Sequence record: OR608733.1
Reading direction: 5' to 3' (one strand)
Length of the DNA stretch: 64,000 nt
Part shown: positions 58,921 to 64,000 of the stretch, piece after piece
Numbering within the stretch: the stretch's first letter is position 1
How the letters are laid out: the number at the start of each line of letters is the position of its first letter
Position numbers and translations under genes: made by a program
The notes under the pieces: generated by a model
What the model was told of the DNA's origin: nothing
The model's input: only the letters and a program-made list of their open reading frames with translations
Databases searched by the model: none

Positions 58921-60522
58921 ATGGCTACTGCTGACTTCGATAATGAGTACGATGATACTCCAGAAGAGAATTTACTAGATCAAATTGATGAGATCAATGC
59001 GCAACACGATCCTGACTCTAGTATTGAAAATAATGACGAGGTGGAAACTCCACCTTTCGTTCCTGATCAAAAAGAAATTAAACTACGTATTCCACGTAAT
59101 GCTAAAACTGGAAATATCCGGGATGCTTCTGAACCGGTTATTAAAGATAGTGCTAGCATTCTTACTTTGCTACGTGAGAACCCCCAGACTGTTTATAATT
59201 TCCTGGATCACAATAAAGAACTATTTAAAGCATTTGCTGATAATAAAATAGATGACACTAGTGACGGTGTAAAGTGGACAGCTGCTATTCTGGAAGGCTT
59301 AGCTCACTCTATTGTTGAAGATGCACCAATCGGTGCAACTGCCCGAGAAGGTTCTGAATGGTCTAGTGAAATTCCTTATGGTGAAAAGATCATTCGACCA
59401 GGCCGACCTGTATTTAATACCAATGGTCGTAAAATGACCGATGATGAAACTCTAGTTTTCCTAACACGTAAAGCTAACATCGGTACGCCATATGATACTT
59501 TCCTACCTCATTCAGGTATTTGGGTAAAACTACGTGCACCCACTGGTACTGAAGTAGCTGCCCTACAAGCACGTCTAGCACAATTAAAGATCCGGCTAGG
59601 TGCTGAATCAAAAGGTATGCTGTTCTCAAACATGGCAGCTGTGTTACTTAACATGGTTAGTAGTTTAGCACTTGCATGTGTTATTCAATCCAACTATAAG
59701 TTCAACACTCCAACTGACCTAGAGCATGTTATCTCAGTAGCTGATGAACCATTCTTACATCATGCACTAGCAGCGACTATGTATCCAGATGGATTTAATT
59801 ATAGTTATCCATGTATTGCAGATGCCAATACATGTAACCATATTGAAACAGCGAAACTTAATATGTCAACGCTTGTTCAATATGATCTACTGGCATTCTC
59901 AGAAGAACAAAAGAAATATATTGCACGTAAGTTTAATGCATGTACTGAATCTGATCTTAAGACTTATAAAGAAGGATTCCGTATTGAAACTCAAGTAACT
60001 GAAATGTTTGGTGACGTTGGTGTTGTTCTTGAGATGTGCACAATTGCTGATCGCCGAGAGTCTGGTGATAGTTGGATTAACTCAATTATCGATATGACTC
60101 AAGGTAGTTTTAATGAACCAGTCGATGGTCCGCAACGTTCTCAGTATATTGCACGTTTACAAAAGATCTCTATTGCCCGTCAGTTCTCACATTTTGTTAA
60201 AGAAATTAAAGTACGTGAAGATGACGATGGTGAAAGTTCTGAAGACAATATTCGTACTGCAACCACTAATCGTGAAACTATTGAAAAGTTCTTAACTAAT
60301 ATTCTATCCACACCGGAATATAATGACCGCTTTATTAATGCGGTGAGTAACTTCATTGATTCACAACTAATTGGAATGATTGCAATTACAAGTTGGAATT
60401 GTCCAGTATGTGAGTCACCTGCCGCTACTAAATTTAAAGAACGTTTCCCACACCTAATCCCTATTGACATGCTGTCAACTTTTTTTACTTTGGCGGCCTC
60501 GAAGTCAAACCGGATGGTGTAG
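58921..60522 (+). CDS. Tail/baseplate assembly chaperone-like protein (gp77 position; T4 gp26/gp51-like)
   Basis: 533 aa; PYDTFLPHSGIWVKLRAP, YPC...CNH and WNCPVCES...STFF resemble myophage hub-assembly chaperones. Confidence 0.6.
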   Translation: MATADFDNEYDDTPEENLLDQIDEINAQHDPDSSIENNDEVETPPFVPDQKEIKLRIPRNAKTGNIRDASEPVIKDSASILTLLRENPQTVYNFLDHNKELFKAFADNKIDDTSDGVKWTAAILEGLAHSIVEDAPIGATAREGSEWSSEIPYGEKIIRPGRPVFNTNGRKMTDDETLVFLTRKANIGTPYDTFLPHSGIWVKLRAPTGTEVAALQARLAQLKIRLGAESKGMLFSNMAAVLLNMVSSLALACVIQSNYKFNTPTDLEHVISVADEPFLHHALAATMYPDGFNYSYPCIADANTCNHIETAKLNMSTLVQYDLLAFSEEQKKYIARKFNACTESDLKTYKEGFRIETQVTEMFGDVGVVLEMCTIADRRESGDSWINSIIDMTQGSFNEPVDGPQRSQYIARLQKISIARQFSHFVKEIKVREDDDGESSEDNIRTATTNRETIEKFLTNILSTPEYNDRFINAVSNFIDSQLIGMIAITSWNCPVCESPAATKFKERFPHLIPIDMLSTFFTLAASKSNRMV

Positions 60523-60983
60523 TTAATGATCTGAGATATAGTCGTCTTGAGGCCACTTTCAAGGAAGATAGTGGTCACATCCTACATCCAAACTTTGGTT
60601 ATGATAAGTTAACTGAAGATGATACACACTTAGATAGACTATTATCGACAGTAGGGGCAGTAAGACCGTCTACAGCAGCACGTTTAACAAGAGAAGCATA
60701 TCTACTTGATTACGATATCGGTTCACCAGAAAACGGACCCATGTGGTTAAATAAGGTAAATCCTAAAGAGGACTTTATCGAAGGTGGGTTGAGAAGGAGA
60801 CTGACTAGAGATTTCTTCAAGTATAAAGTAGGTAGCTTATCTAATATGTCATTAACTGAATTCTTTGAATTAGCTTATTCTGAGGTAGAATACATAATTG
60901 AATTATGTAGAAATATTACCCATAATGAAGCTGTTAATAACAATAACCAGTTAAATGAATTAAACAAGCCGTTAACTAAATAA
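60480..60983 (+). CDS. Candidate -1 frameshift extension of the gp77-like gene (GT-type)
   Basis: Frame open from 60468 to 60983 with no ATG/GTG/TTG until 60741; begins at a T7 run; the ORF track shows only the last 80 aa. Confidence 0.7.
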   Translation, partial: FFYFGGLEVKPDGVVNDLRYSRLEATFKEDSGHILHPNFGYDKLTEDDTHLDRLLSTVGAVRPSTAARLTREAYLLDYDIGSPENGPMWLNKVNPKEDFIEGGLRRRLTRDFFKYKVGSLSNMSLTEFFELAYSEVEYIIELCRNITHNEAVNNNNQLNELNKPLTK

Positions 60984-60999
60984 AAAAAATAAAGACAGG

Positions 61000-61021
61000 C
61001 CCCTCTCCACATGGAGAGGGG
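61000..61021. terminator. Bidirectional terminator
   Basis: CCCCTCTCC-ACAT-GGAGAGGGG between convergent genes. Confidence 0.85.
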
Positions 61022-61032
61022 TTTATGTCGCC

Positions 61033-61176
61033 TTACTTACGTGCAAAGCTAGCTACAAGACCTTTGATAGCTAGAGCGACCATCCAGGCCGTTAACCCCT
61101 TCATTGGGCGGATATCAACCCGTTCTTCGATATCCAGATTGCCCTCACTATTGATTACCTCAATTCGTACTTGCAT
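61033..61176 (-). CDS. Small protein, 47 aa (not in ORF track)
   Basis: MQVRIEVINSEGNLDIEERVDIRPMKGLTAWMVALAIKGLVASFARK; AAGGAG SD. Confidence 0.75.
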   Translation of the reverse strand: MQVRIEVINSEGNLDIEERVDIRPMKGLTAWMVALAIKGLVASFARK

Positions 61177-61235
61177 GGTCTACTCCTTATCAGGGTGGGA
61201 TATGATATTCAAAAGTCTTTTGATATAAAGATGGC

Positions 61236-61268
61236 ATATTACCCCACCAATAAAAGGCGGGGTAATAT
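61236..61268 (-). terminator. Hairpin after the membrane-protein cluster
   Basis: ATATTACCCCACC-AATAAAA-GGCGGGGTAATAT; G-U pair on the minus strand. Confidence 0.7.
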
Positions 61269-61271
61269 TTA

Positions 61272-61466
61272 TTAAACCATCAGATATCCTAATGGGAATA
61301 AAGCAAAGAAGCCATATAAAACAACAAGCAGTGTCTTTTGGCGAACATACCGGGATTTAATACTATCTTTATCTAAGTCAAACTTGACATAAAGATAAAT
61401 CTGATAACTTTTATATCCCATACTAGCCACAAGGGCTATTACTATAAGTTGACACAAAAAGACCAT
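61272..61466 (-). CDS. Small two-TM membrane protein
   Basis: 64 aa with two hydrophobic segments. Confidence 0.7.
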   Translation of the reverse strand: MVFLCQLIVIALVASMGYKSYQIYLYVKFDLDKDSIKSRYVRQKTLLVVLYGFFALFPLGYLMV

Positions 61467-61521
61467 AGTGGGATGCTCTTATTATTAGAGAACAATGATC
61501 AATTGTTCTTACATAGCATGT

Positions 61522-61713
61522 CTATTTAATATGCATGATTATCATATTAAATAACCACAACCCTAACATAAGGGTAAACATACTGCAAATCAAGCCACTT
61601 ACAATCATTGCTTTTTGTTTGATTGTTTTAGCAGCAGCAAGAAATATAATTGAAGTTATTAATCCACTAAATGCAATTAATAGTGGTACTAAAAATAACA
61701 ATACCCGAGCCAT
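61522..61713 (-). CDS. Small two-TM membrane protein
   Basis: 63 aa; GAGGTG SD. Confidence 0.7.
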   Translation of the reverse strand: MARVLLFLVPLLIAFSGLITSIIFLAAAKTIKQKAMIVSGLICSMFTLMLGLWLFNMIIMHIK

Positions 61714-61725
61714 ATAGACACCTCA

Positions 61726-61983
61726 TCAAAATAGATAAGTTGTACATGTCAGTGAATAGTTAGTCCAGCAACTAACAATAGTACTTACCCATATGGTAAC
61801 TAATACAATGCTTACGGAGAGAAAAAGCATAGCGTACTGGCATGCACTTTTATTAAAGATATCTTTAAACTCAAGATATGTTTTAATAATAAATATCAGC
61901 ATGCATGTTAGAAGAATATCAACTAAGATCAAAGTACTGACTAGAAGCCATGTTGCACCAAAGATCTGATCAACTGTATACAT
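61726..61983 (-). CDS. Small multi-TM membrane protein
   Basis: Start re-set to MYTVDQ (TAATG overlap, GGAG SD), 85 aa. Confidence 0.7.
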   Translation of the reverse strand: MYTVDQIFGATWLLVSTLILVDILLTCMLIFIIKTYLEFKDIFNKSACQYAMLFLSVSIVLVTIWVSTIVSCWTNYSLTCTTYLF

Positions 61984-62048
61984 TATTTCCACTCCCATAG
62001 TTTATAAGCTATAACTACAATTGTAATCATAATCAATTTTTTCTTCAT
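61983..62048 (-). CDS. 21-aa hydrophobic micropeptide (not in ORF track)
   Basis: MKKKLIMITIVVIAYKLWEWK; AGGGT SD; first ORF after the early promoter; TAATG-coupled to the next gene. Confidence 0.55.
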   Translation of the reverse strand: MKKKLIMITIVVIAYKLWEWK

Positions 62049-62077
62049 TGTAAATACCCTATAGTTTTATCACATTT

Positions 62078-62106
62078 GTGATATACTGTTTAAAATGCTT
62101 TAAATA
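62078..62106 (-). promoter_or_regulatory. Early promoter (TATATCAC variant)
   Basis: 26 bp identical to the promoter at 24354-24379. Confidence 0.8.
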
Positions 62107-62127
62107 CAAAAAATAAAAAAAAGCATA

Positions 62128-62151
62128 ATCCCTCCCAACTAAGGGAGGGAT
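62128..62151 (-). terminator. Terminator after the SF2 helicase
   Basis: ATCCCTCCC-AACTAA-GGGAGGGAT, followed by TATGCTTTTTTT on the minus strand. Confidence 0.85.
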
Positions 62152-62166
62152 CATTTATGCCATTTA

Positions 62167-63705
62167 CTATAAACGCATCATGCGCATACTTTTAGTTTTA
62201 CCCATGAAATGATTTTCTTTATTTCTAGCGTATCTGCAATGATGAGGTATGTTATTACAAACCATGAATGTTAACCTTGGTATTACATCAGGCCAGTTCT
62301 TCAATGGTCTTAGTCGTCCAAGAATTTGGATGCTGTCCTTTTTAGAGTCAGTTGCTTGTAATAGAATAACTTCCCTTAAATTCCTAATATCAACACCAGT
62401 ACCAGATGATTTAATAGTTGATACAGTGATATCATTAGTCATTAATCTATCATACGGACTACCCGAAACATGTCTATTAATCTGAAGATCTGGATATTGT
62501 TTCTTAAGATAAGCTGTCAGTACATCGATAAAGTTTACAGTCGCGCATAATAGCAAACATTTCTGACCTTCAATACGATCCTTTATATAAACGCCATCTA
62601 CAATACGTTTAACCATCTTTAAATAGAAGTCTAGTCGCCTAGGATTCTTCATCATTACTGTTTCATAACGAGCATGGTTATATGTATTTTTAAATGGAGT
62701 TAAATAGTCCTTAGGTTTAATAGTTGGTTCACTATACAACAAGCCAATAACATTGATGTATGAGTCATATGCAGGTAACCTACACTTTGTAGTAGCAGGT
62801 AGCATGACATCAATCATTTTAGTAACAAACTGATTACCAGTGTATGGGGTAGCTGATAAATAGATTTGTTTATTGACATTGGTATATAGATCAGTACGAA
62901 ATACTAATCCTGGATCTTCTTGAATCTCATCATTGATCTGCCAACCTGCTCCAATAACCTCATGGAATCTAGGTGGTGGTACATTAAATCCAACTACATC
63001 GATTTTTTCACCTAATCGTTCAAAAGTATCGATATATGCACGGTATGTTGTAGAACTAATGAGAATAATTTCAACACCCTCTAAATCATTCTCTAGGCCG
63101 CGATTAATTAGATTCTGTAATTCAGCAGATCCTGATACTTTTAAATATTTTATACCTAGCTGATCTTCATAACCAACAAATGTTTCTTTTAATGCTTTCT
63201 CCCAAATACCGAAATATTTAGGTGGAATCATAACAACACCACGTTCTTTCATTACTGCAACTGAAGCTAAACTAGTTAAGGTTTTACCTTTACCAGTCTG
63301 TAAATCAACACGTGCTGAATGTAAATGTGGTCTTAGAATATCTTCGCGGATGGTTTCCTGATAATCCCTTAGAACATAATGTTCAAATAAAGTATAGTCT
63401 ACTTTAACAGCTGCTGGTACAGGAATATCTACAATTTCAATTCTAGTAGATGGTATATTCTTATCGGCCAGATAATTAATAAGTTCTTGAAGACATTCAC
63501 GATGGATGAATACAGATTTACCATCTTCTGTTTCACCATAATATTTTTTCTTTATTTCCATTATGGTGCGTTGACCAGGTATCTTCTTAGGTTCTTTTAA
63601 AACCAGTTTATTAAGATATCCAGTCATCTTTAAGTATGTTTCCCGATCGTAACCGGATAAACGAACACCATGGGTGTATCGTTCTGCTGTAAGAATCGGT
63701 TTCAT
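62167..63705 (-). CDS. SF2 DNA helicase (UvsW-like), gp75
   Basis: Walker A LQTGKGKT, Walker B NDEIQ, motif III LSATP, motif VI QILGRLR; start uncertain (ATG 63705 or GTG 63780). Confidence 0.85.
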   Translation of the reverse strand: MKPILTAERYTHGVRLSGYDRETYLKMTGYLNKLVLKEPKKIPGQRTIMEIKKKYYGETEDGKSVFIHRECLQELINYLADKNIPSTRIEIVDIPVPAAVKVDYTLFEHYVLRDYQETIREDILRPHLHSARVDLQTGKGKTLTSLASVAVMKERGVVMIPPKYFGIWEKALKETFVGYEDQLGIKYLKVSGSAELQNLINRGLENDLEGVEIILISSTTYRAYIDTFERLGEKIDVVGFNVPPPRFHEVIGAGWQINDEIQEDPGLVFRTDLYTNVNKQIYLSATPYTGNQFVTKMIDVMLPATTKCRLPAYDSYINVIGLLYSEPTIKPKDYLTPFKNTYNHARYETVMMKNPRRLDFYLKMVKRIVDGVYIKDRIEGQKCLLLCATVNFIDVLTAYLKKQYPDLQINRHVSGSPYDRLMTNDITVSTIKSSGTGVDIRNLREVILLQATDSKKDSIQILGRLRPLKNWPDVIPRLTFMVCNNIPHHCRYARNKENHFMGKTKSMRMMRL

Positions 63706-63726
63706 AAAAAAATCAACGATCGGTAA

Positions 63727-63743
63727 GGGGAGCAGTGCTCCCC
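63727..63743 (-). terminator. Hairpin between gp74 and gp75
   Basis: GGGGAGCA-G-TGCTCCCC. Confidence 0.6.
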
Positions 63744-63763
63744 AAACCTCACGTCCTCCACGT

Positions 63764-64000
63764 CTATCGCAGTTTACCACCTTTAACTAGTAAGTCATAT
63801 GGATGGTCATTCCTCATCTTGTTAAGGAAACTGCCTGGGTTATTTAGTGGCTCATGCTGCTTTTCGAAAGCCATCGCACCACCTAAACTACGACATTGCA
63901 TTAGTCTATTATATTTTTCAAATTGACCATTAATGCCGGGTTTAGGTAAACGATAGTCTCGATATTGAGCTGAACGGATCATCATAGCGTATATCAAGAT
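63764..64000 (-). CDS. gp74: Non-virion RNAP beta'-like subunit, C-terminal end (partial; starts beyond the right edge)
   Basis: RSLGGAMAFEKQ resembles the beta' C-terminal xGFLSAASFQET motif; synteny with gp75. Confidence 0.75.
   Translation of the reverse strand: MLIYAMMIRSAQYRDYRLPKPGINGQFEKYNRLMQCRSLGGAMAFEKQHEPLNNPGSFLNKMRNDHPYDLLVKGGKLR

Noticed and set aside
60180-60578. 132-aa minus-strand ORF across the gp77 frameshift site
   Set aside because: Antisense to two overlapping + frames; no SD; Ser/Leu/Ile-rich shadow composition
60741-60983. 80-aa ORF as an independent gene
   Set aside because: No clear SD, and the frame stays open 91 codons upstream to the slippery site; retained only as an alternative explanation
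61025-61228. 67-aa + strand ORF
   Set aside because: Starts inside a terminator flank; the opposite strand has a 47-aa ORF with a strong SD
61272-61998. Holin/spanin lysis cassette
   Set aside because: No endolysin or lipoprotein lipobox nearby, and the promoter is early-type
63706-63780. 25-aa N-terminal extension of the SF2 helicase from GTG 63780
   Set aside because: It translates through a GC hairpin and gives an unnatural sequence; ATG 63705 is preferred although its SD is weak

Overview
64 kb of an AT-rich, gene-dense lytic jumbo phage genome. It is Pseudomonas phage phiKZ or a very close nucleus-forming relative, read in reverse relative to phiKZ gene numbering (about gp129 at the left edge to gp74 at the right edge). 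gp numbers come from my recall of phiKZ sequences, sizes and gene order, not from a database search. Contents: partial portal gene, tail/baseplate genes, non-virion RNAP subunits (gp123 and the end of gp74), virion RNAP subunit gp80, major capsid protein gp120, DnaB-like helicase, inner-body/ejection paralogue array (gp89-97), split family-B DNA polymerase subunit gp82, an SF2 helicase, two early accessory islands and many hairpin terminators. No CRISPR array, tRNA, rRNA, integrase or homing endonuclease was seen. Main signals that the ORF track misses: (1) Two candidate programmed -1 frameshifts, each with a canonical slippery heptamer, a downstream stem at 6-8 nt spacing and a long start-less -1 frame. 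One fuses the polymerase subunit gp82 to a hidden 123-aa domain that may be NADAR-like; the other gives a G/GT-type extension of the tail-chaperone-like gp77. (2) A 640-bp non-coding spacer with twin hairpins carrying identical loops, a third hairpin with the complementary loop, and mutually exclusive stems. (3) Possible counter-defence genes: a DarG-type macrodomain and a GC-rich orphan HigA-like antitoxin inserted between two paralogues. All frameshift, RNA-structure and counter-defence functions are hypotheses.
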